DNA of 64,000 bases from Lytechinus pictus. Lineage: Eukaryota. Below are positions 26,482-39,200 of the stretch, piece after piece (the stretch's first letter is position 1; the number at the start of each line of letters is the position of its first letter). The position numbers and the translations under genes are program-made. The stretch covers positions 13,022,001-13,086,000 of the forward strand of contig NC_087263.1 in NCBI RefSeq assembly GCF_037042905.1, in the 5' to 3' direction. Below the pieces are notes generated by a model. The model was not told the DNA's origin. It worked only from the letters and a program-made list of their open reading frames with translations, and searched no databases.

Positions 26482-27516
26482 ATTTAGGAGGGCAATGGAA
26501 CACGATAACGACCTTCTGGCACCGGCCCAAGACCTACAGGCTCGATCACACGGCCTCTCTTGAAATCTTACGCTAATTCCGAGTCAGCAAGATCATCTCA
26601 GTTTGTTAGCAAAATGAGATGATCTTTTTTTTCCAAAGAAAATGTTTAATGAATTATTTGGTCATAGACTTGTTTTCTATCACACTGCGAAGTCTTCCGG
26701 ATAAAATTTCATTAGACACTCTGTGAAGTAATAAGCTCTCCCATAGCATCCACTGTACACAAATTGGTAACGATACAAATATGAACTTGTTTTCGGATTT
26801 GACCAAAATGAATTATCTCAATCCTCACGATTTGTTTTATACTCGGTTGAAATTAGCAATCATACAATCCATACATTTGTTCATTGTGTATGATATGTAA
26901 ATTGTATTCTTACAAGATTATTGTGTTGATAATTATTCTTGATTTTCGATTCATGAATTTATCATACAATGACCTTTCGAGAGAAGTCAGGGAAACTTCC
27001 TCCAAAGCGGAAATCTCCTTTATCATGCTTGTATGAAACTTGGAATCGGGACAGATCAGGATGATCTTAAATCGATTGTATTCGCACATGGAAACAGTTA
27101 AATTGTTTAGATTATTAAAATAATGATGACTGTGTGTATCAAATTCATCCAGATTCGTATGTATTCAGTATATATGCATGTTATTATTTGAGAAACTTGA
27201 AATAATAACCATTGCAAGTTTCTGACCTATTTAGAGTTCTATATGCTGAGCAAAGAGTTTAATTGTTTAGATGAATGAAATGATTATTTTATGAATACTT
27301 GGACTCTATTATATGTTTTTAATTGGACTATATAAAGGCTTTTATACATGTTATTATTATTATTTTCCTCCCTTTTCATCCAGCAGCCCGGCCCTAGAGT
27401 GATCAAATTTATTATATTATTTCCAGTGACATATTATTGGTCAGTTTTGAGTCAGTTTCGTCGGTGTGACTGGCAATCATAGCCAATATCAATGACAATA
27501 CCACATCCATCGATAT

Positions 27517-27945
27517 ACACTGTTAGAAAATTTATCCTTAAAATAAAAGAAGTTCTTGCAGCAGAGTCTCGAGATCACCTGTAATCTTACCAGATTGCGT
27601 AATCTTACAGGAAATTGGTATTTGGTGTATGGAACCTTACAAATTTCCTTAAAGAAAACAGCCTTTTCCCCTTTTTAAACAGACCTGGGGCCTGTTGCAC
27701 AAAGAGTTGCAATCAATCGCAACTCTAAAAATCATGCGCAACTTGATTTTCAACCAATCAACAGCGCGCATTTCGGACTTGCGACTGATATTTTGACTTG
27801 CGTTTAAACGCAACTCTTTCTGCAACGGACCCCAGTTCTGTTTAATTGCACAAAATTCATGTTTTATGAATTTACAGAATGATTCTGTCATTGCTTTCTG
27901 CAAAATCTTCTTTTTTCTGTAAAATAAGGGTTTTTTAACAGTTTA
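27517..27945. mobile_element. MITE with CACTG-type end, carrying a nested MITE (27687-27832)
   Basis: acactgttagaaaa..cctta / taagggttttttaacagt. Confidence 0.5.
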
Positions 27946-29372
27946 CACATGCGCACGTATTCTGAAGTCCGGCTTAACTTTAAATAGACCATGGCCTAAC
28001 TGTGATAAAATTATGGAAAGCCAAACATGTCAAAATTTTCGTTACATTGTATGTTCCTCATGTTTACCATGCTCTTTCATAACTTGTGAATAGCGAAAAA
28101 AAACTATCTAATTTGTCCTTCCGAAACAGTTAGGAATGATTTGAGTGAAAAATGAGTTGATACATTGAAATTCTCAGTACTATTAAAGATTTATGCCACG
28201 ATTGGCTATTCATAGTTAAACCATAACTTCAGAATACGGAACATAAAGTCAATCACTTAATCGCTAAGATGTACCATGTCAGAACGATTATTATAAGTGA
28301 ATGAAAATTTACTTATTTATTTATTCTCGAATATTTAAAGGTAGCCTGATCAGCATAATAAAACAATTAACACACAAGAGCAAACTACAAATGCAAAACA
28401 AATATAAGTTAACATAGCAGGACAAGTGGGCATAATAAAAAGCATAACATAAGAATGGAAATATTATGGGGATACAAATGGCGAGATATACAGTATACGA
28501 AATACGGTGACACAAAACAACCTGGTCTTCACCAGCGCTTTGTCTAGATCAAAATGTATGAAAATGAAAATATCATTGTTGTGAAAAGGCTTCTGATGAT
28601 AATGATGCACTGATCAGAGGTAAATTACATTGAGCCAGAAAATGGAAATTATATTTAGAAACAATGATTAGATTTTTTTTATAATTATAATCATATCCTT
28701 TTCGCTACTCCGATATGCCCATCCCACCCGTTTTACCCACCTAATTTATTTGAATTGAATTATAAACACATGACTTGTATAAAATATAAATTCATACTTT
28801 ATTACGATAAATGTGTCAGTTGTATTAATTGGTACAAGAAATAATACTGAAAATTACAGAAGATTGAAAGACGATAATATGTTCGATCCTATTGGATAAA
28901 AAAAAATGTCTTATATCTAACAATTAAAACAATGCGCAAATGTTGGTTTCATTCATGATTTTCGTTAACATAAATTAATCAAGTAGGTTATCGGAATTTT
29001 GTTTCAAATCTATTCAAATATATTATAAGGTTAATACAAATCAGATATAGAATAACGGATTGGCATTTGGCACTTCGACTAGATATCCAATTCGCTGTTA
29101 AGGCTGGTAGCATAGTCACAGGTTTAAACATCAGTATTCGTACGATGATTTAGAACTTTAAACAATATAAGATGTTTCCTCAATATTCTCCTCAAATCTT
29201 CACTAGGTTTTATTCCAAATCGGGTCGCAGACATGCAAAAATCGCAATTTGTATGGTGGATTACAATACATTTGTTACACGTTTCCTTACAGCTACAGTC
29301 TGCTAACGCTTAGAAGAAGATCATTAGAATAGCAATATAAATCGTAAAACGTAGATTGGAAATCTTAATCTG

Positions 29373-31312
29373 TCAGTACTGAATATCAACTTTAGTTTTT
29401 CGACACTGAGTTATCAAAGCTCTAAACTCCCTCTGGCGCCACCAGTAGACCAAACTGTTCAAAACTCTGCTCACGTAGAGGGCTATATTCCCCAAAAGCA
29501 TGACAAACGCAGACGGATGGCGAATGATAATGAAAAACGAAAGAGCATTGATGATTCTAGGAATCAGTGTGGTGAGATACACGAGCAAAATGGTGTGAAA
29601 TACCGTCTTGTTTTCGCGCTTTCTCTCCGCCGAAAAAGAAAGTCCCGGTGGGTTTGAAGATATAGACCGGTAGATGAGGACGTATAAGAGGCCTGTGAGC
29701 ACCAAGACCCCAAGCTGAATCCAGACTATTACTGAATTTAAAGACAGCGCTTGATTTGTGCCCCAGCCTAGCCTGTCCACACAACAGGCGCGATGGAGAT
29801 GGCCGGTATGAGCCAGGTCATTACGCATGCGCATATGATTCGCGGTGGCGTGATGATGTGATGCGCGCCAAAGGGGTCAACACGGAGTGTGACGAATTGA
29901 CTGAGGGCGGCGAGAAGGATGAGCAATAGAGATGTGAAATCGAAGGGGACGTTCAAAGCCAGCATTAGTCTGTTGAAGGTGATGTCCACATGCTGTTGTT
30001 CAAAAAGAAATAGGATTATTACAGAAAGATGGTAATGATTAATGATGGAGAGAAAATGATAAACATAGGCCTAACTTTAATTTAATGATGTTCAATGTCT
30101 GCTAGGAAGCCAATGAAACAAAAAATACATAAAATTGAAGGTTTGCATGGTGGTATAGACAGATAGATAAATGTAGTTACGTAATGAGCAACAACAACAA
30201 ACAAAGAAAAATAATAAATAAATAATAGAGGGACAGACATGGCTTAGAGGGTAAATTTTCGAAAAAAAAAGTTACGATCGAGCAACTCTCACCCTCCCCC
30301 CGATAATTTTGCCAATAACCAAGTTGTTTAGTGCAGCTTAAATAGGCCTTTCGATTAGACCCAATTTACGGTAGATCAAAACTGGTAAAGCTTATATAGT
30401 ACATAAGATTATCTTAGAAGTAGACCTAACTGCGTGTAGATCAAGTCCATTAAAACTGTTATATTTGGTGACACGACGTTTGCTCCTGCGACAATTGCTC
30501 CCGATGGTTTTATTTGGTCTAAGATGTTTGGTTAAAGTGATTGGTTAACATTGGTTTGACTTTTAAAAAATCTGAGCTAGTGAAGGTCACACTTGTCACC
30601 TGTGTCTGTGATATGTTACAAAAATGAAGCCCAGAAAAAATTGCGTTCGAAAATAATTATTTAGTGCTTCAAAAATTGAAATATAAAGTGACCGAAAACA
30701 CCATCTTAATTTCATCCCATACACTTATGTGTACTATTTAGGCGTCTATAAGACGCCTATTTACAAAATCGGGGTTCGCCTTGTAGTTTTAGCTTTTCAT
30801 TCTCAATAATGGTTGTCTTCAGGGTTTATTACTACTAATACATGCACTTGTACACATGTTTAATCTTGGTTTGAGAATTTTTTAAATCGGCTGCTCACAA
30901 AGTTAAACAATACCTTTAATGTTAGGGTTGCAAACTTGCAATAGGGTTTTATGATAGAAATAAGTTTAGAGTAGGGTGTAGTGTAAAATCATGGACGTAC
31001 TAAGCTGAGCAATTGTCGCCGACGGAGGCAATCGTCCCAGAACCGTATACTTACCAGGCTGGCTGTTGCAAAGAGGTACAAACTTATGATGGCGACACTC
31101 AGATCGCAGAGGATGATGTTGAATGGTATGATATTGTGTTGCTTCCTCAGATTCTTGTGTAGTAGGATGATGGTCAGTGTAAAGAAACACGGAACGATAG
31201 GGATAGCACCGAAGATTACGGATATTACAAAAACCCTCTCACTCCAAACCTTTTCGAAGCCAAAACCAGATAGATTGGGCAAGGCACTCGAATAACCATT
31301 CGTCGAATTCAT
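29373..31312 (-). pseudogene. Rhodopsin-family GPCR, exons 31312-31055 and 29992-29373, frameshifted by a 5-bp duplication at 29765-29774
   Basis: N-terminal N-glycosylation sequons; TM1-2 with KNLRKQHNIIPFNIILCDL; TM3 end SQFVTLRVDPF; TM5 LYVLIY; TM6 KRENKTVFHTILLV; TM7 VLNSLVYWWRQREFR. Phase-0 GT-AG intron. Removing one agcct restores a 290-aa ORF. Confidence 0.85.
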
Positions 31313-32477
31313 CCTTTCTTTATCGTGAAATATCCAGTTGTTGAGATCTTTAAATGATGAGCCTAGTCACTGTTTCTGAGTTCTTGGAAATCTGAACTCG
31401 TAGATTGTTAAAAAAAAATAATGTTAACCGACAGAACCGATTTATGTATTAAATGACTGTATCTTAATCTGAATATAAAGGGTGTAAAGTTGTTGGTAAC
31501 TAAACTCCATATATCACGGTAGCATCAATTCGACCAGATTCATGCACTGTCTTTGGCTGGAAACTATGTATAGCTATGCTAACTGATGTATATATGCCCA
31601 GATCATTCTAAAAAAAACAATTGATTTTTGGTGGTGGATGTCTCTAACTGTCTTGTCGATAATTCAGTCCAGGCACAAATTCATGACAAATTTTGCTCTG
31701 TTAGTTCAGAAACGCGAGTTGTCTCAATGAACTTTCTGGTTAATTGTACGACCGTCCATTTAGTTCTAGTCAATATTTTACAGTTAAGCTTGGTGGTCGT
31801 GAGATTAAGCCTATTTAAAGGATGAAGGTCCGAAGACAGAAACATGCTTATCCACAGATCAGATTTTGGAATCATGGGCAACTAGGCAGAGAGGGTAGGT
31901 GCTGGAGAAACCGTCTACATTGGCTACAGAACTGGAATACCTAACTGCCTAAATCTTGTAACTCGCAGATAATGGTTCTCTTGACAAGAAGAACTCACTG
32001 TGCTATTCATTCCAGGTACCAAGAACCTTTCAAGTATACATTAATGCCGGTGACGTCTATCAATTAAATCGTTTTTGTGTAAAGACCATTAGATTCGAAT
32101 TGCAACAGCCTCAGGAACTTCTTGGCTGATATTGATAGAGCATATAGAACAATGATGAAAAAAACCAAGTCATATCTCAATAGGTTAAATGCAAAGTACT
32201 AATATCTTTAGATTGTCTGAACGTGTACATGTATGTCAATTTAATTACGGTGCTCGTTTGTGACCGGTATACAAACGTTAGATAATTGACACAATTTATA
32301 AAGGGCACTTAGCATAATGGCTTCACAATTAGCTTAAGGCTTTTGATTTAGATTTGCTTTTAATGAGAACAATCATCAGTCTCTCTAATTGGAATTTGTT
32401 ATGATTATAACGGGTGGTCGGTGAACAATACGAATCCACTTGACTTCAACTTCTGTGTTTATAGGACCGGTGCGTAA

Positions 32478-33766
32478 AGGGGCTTTCACAATTGCTCGTG
32501 CGACCGTTTGCGATCACTTGGTCACAATAAATGTTGCACACAATCGCAACGGTTGTAAAGCCCCTTTCACAATTGACGTACGACCTGTTTACGACCGCCT
32601 GCAACAGTTTTTTCTTGTTGTTGCACGATCGATCTCTTGGTGTCTTGCGAGCACTCGCAGTGGTTGTAGACGAACGCACGAATTTGAGGTGGTCGGAGGT
32701 GGTCGTGACTGGTCGCATCTGAATTTGAACATGTTCAAAATCCAAACGCGATCAAATACGATTGATTTACTCGCATCAGGTCGTACCATCGGTCGGGCGA
32801 TCATCGTGTGAGTGTTGTTCAACGTTGTACGACTTGGTGCGAGAGGTGACACAACTACGTATAGTCGCATTTAGTCGACTGGAGGTCGTACAACACTTGC
32901 ACATGCGCTAGATACCTACAGAGACCAGTCTTGCGACTGGTTGCGATAATATAAGACTGTTGCAAGACCGATCGAAATTACGGCTTACAACATTCCACTA
33001 CCGTTGCATTCGCATGTATGCGACCGTACAGCCCCTTTCACAATTGACATCCGACCAGTTTACGACCGCCTGCAACAGTTTTTTCCTGCTGTTGCACGAT
33101 CGATCTCTTGGTGACTTGCGAGCACTCGCAGTCGTTGTAGACGGTCGCACGAACTCGAGGTGGTCGTGACTGGTCACATCTGAACTTTGAACATGTTCAA
33201 AATCCGAACGCGATCAAATACGACGGATTCACTCGCATCAGCTCGTATCCGGGGTCGTACCATCGGTCGGGCGATCATCGTGGGAGTGTTGTTCAACGTT
33301 GCACGACTTGGTGCGAGAGGTGGCACAACTAAGTAGTCGCATTTACTCGACTGGAGGTCGTACAACACTTGCACATGTGCTAGCGACCTACATGCACAGA
33401 GACCTGTCTTGCGACTGGGTGCGATAATATGATAGGCCATAAGACTGTTGCAAGACCGGTCGCAACGGCTTACAACATTGCACTACCGTTGTGTGCGACC
33501 GTTCCCCTCGCAATCCCTCGTGCAACACTCGCATGTGATCGCACGAGCACAATAGGATCATAAGCGACTTACTCGTGCAACGGGTTTTACTGGATGTTTT
33601 TGTTGTACGACAGCTGTTGCAACTGTGAAAGCCTCTGTGCGATATTATGAGATGACTGGCGATTGATGCCTGTTGCAGCCTGTCGCACGACCAAAAGGTC
33701 GCAAGTGGTCGTACGTCAATTGTGAAAGGGGCTTAAGCAGTCGCACCACCAATTGTGAAAGGGGCT
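32478..33766. mobile_element. PIF/Harbinger-like non-autonomous element(s), nested TIR pairs with an internal ~470-bp direct duplication
   Basis: TAA|agcccctttcacaattgacgtacgacc (32559) ... ggtcgtacgtcaattgtgaaaggggct|TAA (33733); similar outer TIRs at 32478 and 33766; 32560-32990 recurs at 33030-33490. Confidence 0.75.
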
Positions 33767-34289
33767 TTAGGTCTGCTTGTTTTTCATGACATTATTCAGA
33801 AAGTGTCGCACTTGTAATAATGCGACCAGCAACCCCAAAACCAACAATATTTTGGAAGATTCTCTGTAAGTAGCCAAAATAGTAATTTGGTCTTCACAAA
33901 GCAAAAATTCGAAAATTAGCTTTAATATCCAAAAGAGTAACTCTAATTCTTTGTTATACTGACAAAATTTCACGTTTGATAATTAAATAGATAACAAGAT
34001 AGAACATTGATAAAAGTTTTTTGATGTCTACTTTGAAGTTTTACTTTATGCACGCTCATGATTGCTTGAGTGAACCCCATATTTTAAACGTTGTTTTGTC
34101 CTTATTTTTTAAGCTCTCCCTAAGTTTCTTTTGCATTCAATCAAGATCTGGTGTGGGTTATTGTTGATCAAGTTATACAACATTTTAAAGCACATGATGT
34201 ACATATTCAAACTCAATACAAATCTCAAAATTCATTTTCGGCGACTTACTGTTGGTTTTGTGGTGGCGGGTAAAAAAATTGTCAAATTG

Positions 34290-34640
34290 CCAATTCGTCT
34301 GCTGCCAACTCGTCCACTCACCACATGGTCTACTTTCATTTAGTCTAATGCCATTCTGTCCATAAACATTTCGTTTAACACCCATTTGGGCCAACAACAA
34401 TTTGGTCCAATTATCACTTCGTTTAGTCACCATTTCGTCTATGACCATTTCGTCTCATAACCAGTGAGTCTAATATCCATTTCATTTTCATTCATTACGC
34501 ACAATTAACACTTAGTCCAATTAGACCAAATGGTACATGGACTAAATGGCTATTGGACCAACTGGCTATTAGACGAAATGGTGAGTGGCCGAATTGGCCG
34601 TTAGACCATGTGGAAAGTGGTCAAACTGATGGTAGACCAA
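34290..34640. repeat. Palindromic repeat element built from gtcta/tagac short motifs (related half-copy ~11405-11575)
   Basis: Left half rich in tttcgtcta/ggtccaa, right half in ttagac/tggacc. Confidence 0.55.
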
Positions 34641-34879
34641 AAAATATATAGCGCAAAAACTATTTCTATATGTTCTATTGCGCTGCAAGAGCTCCCCGGA
34701 TGCTGTACATGCTACTGGAATAATCCGATTTTTAATTTTAGTTTGATTTTATGTAAAGTTGTTGAATTTCTAATGTCAAGGGAAATTTTGTCCCATAGTT
34801 GTGGGGCTCATAAATAAGAAATGAGAAATAAATAAAAAAATATCCTAGTGTTGCTTTAGTCTTGTGTGGGGGTCCATGC

Positions 34880-35180
34880 AGTGTGAGTGCATCTTGAGGG
34901 CTACAAAGGTGGTGGACATGAGATCGGGATTTTAATTTCAAAGAGCTCTGAGGTATAACTTGGCGCCTGGTCGTTAAGACCTTGAAAGACAATAAAAATT
35001 AGGATTATTTCCCGGACGGCTTCCCGGACAGGTAACCAGTGTAATTCTCTCAATAATGGTGTGACTTGAGAGATTTGGGAAGACAACAGATTAAACGTGC
35101 GCATGTGTTTTGCACTGTCTGCAATTGGCTTATCTGAGAATTGGGTAATCCGTAAAGGACACTATGACAATAATCCAAAA
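34880..35180 (-). mobile_element. L2/CR1-group LINE ORF2 3' fragment
   Basis: LDYCHSVLYGLPNSQISQLQTVQNTCARL ... VTPLLRELHWLPVRE ... GLNDQAPSYTSELF, with frameshifts. Confidence 0.8.
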
Positions 35181-35907
35181 GAACGTTATTAATAAAAAAA
35201 AAACAACGTTTTAGAAATAATCAAATCAATGAACAACTAGAAGTTGCCTATGATTAAGGATTCAGGATTGCCTTTTCAGTTGTATAAACTGTAGCTCATG
35301 AAGACAAACACTAAGACATAATATCAAAATATACAATATCATTTAAGTTGTGTATTACCGATTATCTCTTTATTTGTACGTATAATTAATTTTTCGTAAT
35401 TTTGTTTTCACTTTCAGTTCCTTTGTTGTTCTTTTTCTGAGATATCTTGTATTTTCCCCCTTCTTTCTTAGCGCTTTGAAACTTTTGTATAAAGCGCAAT
35501 ATAAATTTTGTATATTATTATTGTTATTATTATTATTTCCAAACAATACCCCAATAAAATGACACAACGCTTGTCTATACAACACAAAATTTATGACTAA
35601 GATATAATGAACATTTAGTCAGGTGCATGATTATACACAATTATAAGAATAAAGTTCTAAAGAGTCAAATAGATATGTAAATGCAGTCCCTCAATAAAGG
35701 CAAAATAGACCGGAGAAGTAGGAATATATGTCAACGCATCAAGAAAACAATGGAAGCTGATTTAAAAAACTGAAAATTAAATGTTCCCCGGGAAGCTAAA
35801 ATAAGCATAATAAAATACAGTACAAGGGTGAGGGAGACAGGAAGCCGGCACGTCCGTAAACATCTTCAGCTGTAAAAGAGAAAAATTATTCCGAATAAGT
35901 AGATAAT

Positions 35908-36030
35908 GAAGAAAAGGGATAAGAAGAAGAGGAGGAGAAGGAGAAGGAGGAAGAGGAGAAGAAGAAGAAGACGAAGAAGAAGAATAAGAAAAAGAGGAAG
36001 AAGAGGAGAAAAAGAAGAGGAGGAGGATAA
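35908..36030. repeat. (GAA/GAG)n microsatellite
   Basis: Seen directly; a (CTT)n counterpart lies at ~59885-60000. Confidence 0.85.
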
Positions 36031-36294
36031 TAATAATAACTATAAGCAGTTCTTAGAGACCCATATTCTCTATGCGTGGAGAAGAATTATGGTTTTCTAT
36101 ATAAAAAAAAATGCATGTACTTCTTTAAAAGGTATGATAATATGATGAAGAAGAAGAAGAAATAAACAAACGAATAAGAACAGGTAGTGGCAGGCGTGGT
36201 TCCAGAACAGAAAATCTCATAGGTCTTGAAACGTGTTCTCTAATATTCAAATTGTTTTATCTTAAATAGGCCTTACTTTACTGCCATACCTCGG

Positions 36295-39200
36295 TCAACG
36301 ACTCTTTGAATTGCACCATCGTATTAAGATAGGGAAGAGGATTGAAACTGCGGATATTAATTCTACCAAGGCAGCCACTTTGAATGCCAGAATAAATGTC
36401 TTCGTACGGTCGTACAGTAGTCCCATGATGGCCCCACCAACGGGATGTCCTACACCTAGACTGAAAAATTGGTAGCACATTCCGTTGGACACAAACTCAA
36501 GGGGCAGGGATTTCTTCGCGAGTATATTACCTATAACAATCTTGGCCCCACTAGCAAACCCATTCATGAAGGCCAAAACAACCAGGGACCAGAAACTTGA
36601 GGCAAAAGTATTGCAGAAGAACGCGGTGGCTGCCGTGAGGCTTAAGAGGCAAGACAGCATTTCCTCAGGAACGAAGTCACGCGATGATATGAATCCAATC
36701 ACCAAACGTCCAACAATGTTCGCAGCACCACCGGCGGCAGCTAGGAAAGCGCCCTCAGCAGTGGTGTACCCTTTCGCCACTGCGTTCGGGATCACATAGA
36801 TGATCCAACAGGTGTAGGTGATACCAAATAGGAATTCGAAAAATAATGGGAATATGAAAGAAGGGTTCTCGGCGAAAAGTCTAACATCGAAAAAAATCTT
36901 AATGGAGCTACATAGTCGAGTAGCCCTTAGGCTGACTTCTTGGGGGAACGACTTGGTTGTCCCTTCCTCCTTTGGGCTCTGATCAATTGAAGATTTCGGG
37001 GGATATACCAACTCATTGGCAATGATATCATGTTCGACAGGGTCCACATCTGATACAATCTTGATTTCATGGTCTTCTTCAAGTAAATGTCTTCCGCTCA
37101 GTGTATTGTACTCAGATGATTCTACTTTTGGTATTTGCAATTTTACACTTTGTTTTACCGCGTTAGACTCGTCTCTTGTGACTTGTGTTACTTCTAAGTA
37201 ACCTTCTTGTGCTGTCTTGCTTTCCGTGGCACGTGTGGTCCTTGCCCTTCCTGGTTCTGCAGTTTGACTGGCTTCATAAGAGCACCAACCACAATATAGT
37301 TCAGATTGACCGCACCAAGTATGACCATGGCCCCACGCCAGCCATATTCCTCATGTAGTTGTTCAACAAGGAGTGGAAGCAACATCATTCCTAGGCCGCC
37401 ACCCGTTAGTATCACACTAACCACTTTCTCAAAATTGTCTGGGAAGTAGTCCAGGGTTGCAGTTGTGAGGGCAGGAAATATCACGATGCTGAGGCCAATA
37501 CCTGTAAGTACAATCAAAGATGAATAGATGCAGTTGCATTAAATACTTATTTCATTAGAGAGTCTGTAAAAGAAAGATTTATTGTCACTGTATCATTGCA
37601 GGTCTAGATCAGGGGCCTATTTCATAAAGAGTTGTAACTGTTGTAACTTTGCCATTATGGCAACTACCATAGTAACCTTGATTTTGGTTGGCTGCTAAAG
37701 CCCTTTTGCCATGGTAGTTGACATAATGCCAAAGTCACAACAGTTGTAACTCTTTATGAAACGGGCCCCTGGTATATGGTTTATGAAATCGTGAAATCAC
37801 AGCCGGAAAAGGTAACACTGAAGACTGTCAAAACAGTTAAGGACTAATCAATGGAAGTGCCCCCCCCCCCCCCGGGCTTCCACCACCTGGTCACCAATAT
37901 TGTCATCCCTATCGAGTAGGTACCAATGAATAAAGCCGTGATAGCAGAAGGAATGGCAGTTTATAATCACTCGCGTCGCGTGCGGGTTCGTAATCACTCG
38001 CGTTTTTAATTTTTGGCGATTTTTTTTATTTCGGTGCGATTTTTTTTTTACGGTGTCTTCAATGGGAAAGACATGCAGGGAAAATAAAATGAAATTGAAA
38101 TTCGAGTTTCGTTTTAAGCCGGCAATTAAGTGCCTTAAAATAAAATGTACTCGACTACTGTTTTAACATAACAAACAAGCAAATCAGCCATGTGGCTCAA
38201 CTAACTTAGAATAGATCCGGACTTCTACTGTGTCTTATACGAGGACTCCGAGTCGGAACTTGCCATATCTGCCACATCGATATCACATCGTATCATTCCC
38301 ACATGCGGACATGCCTGCATGCAATGGCCCCAAGGCGGCCGGACACGGCCGCGGTCGGACACGACGTTCATCGGTAGTATGGAGCAAGCTAACGTGAGTC
38401 GAGCTGAGTTAGATCCCACGTTATATATGAGGCGCCGATTGTACCAATATTATATACAACAATTATTTGTTATATAATCATTATTCATTAAATAATAACT
38501 ATTATTTATATATAATTTACACTCTATTTGTAAATAATTACTATTACCTGTATATAAAATAACATTTCTAATTATTTATATATAATTCCAAGTAATACTT
38601 CATTACTTGTAAACAATAATAGTTCGACATTCCATTATTTATAAATAATGATTATTTGTTTTTCATTATCTATAAATAATAATTTTTTTGTTTCATTATT
38701 TATAAATAATGACACTGCATACTTCATTATTTATGAATAATTGCAATTCGTTTTTTTATTATTTATAAATAAGTTTGTCGAGTTTTCTATTATTTGTAAA
38801 TGATAATTATCTATTAACAATGCCAGTGCACATTTCTTTATTTATAAATAATTTGTTGAGTTTCCCATTATTTATAAATAATGAAAATTCATCGTGTTTC
38901 ATTATTTATAAATAATATTTTTGTTTGAATATCCCATTATTTATAATTAATCATTATTTATAAACGATTTTTACAGTTTGCCATTATATACAAATAATCG
39001 TTATTTATATACAAATAACCATTATTTATAAATAATGAAAAACAAATAATCATTATTTATAAATAATGAAAAACAAATAATCATTATTTATAAATAATGA
39101 AAAACAAATAATCAGTATTTATAAATAATGAAAAACAAATAATCATTATTTATAAATAATAGAATGTCGAACTATTATTGTTTACAAATAATGAAGTATT

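Noticed and set aside
35906..36145. Arg/Lys-rich protamine-like ORF (also 59881-60078)
   Set aside because: Translation of a (GAA)n microsatellite.
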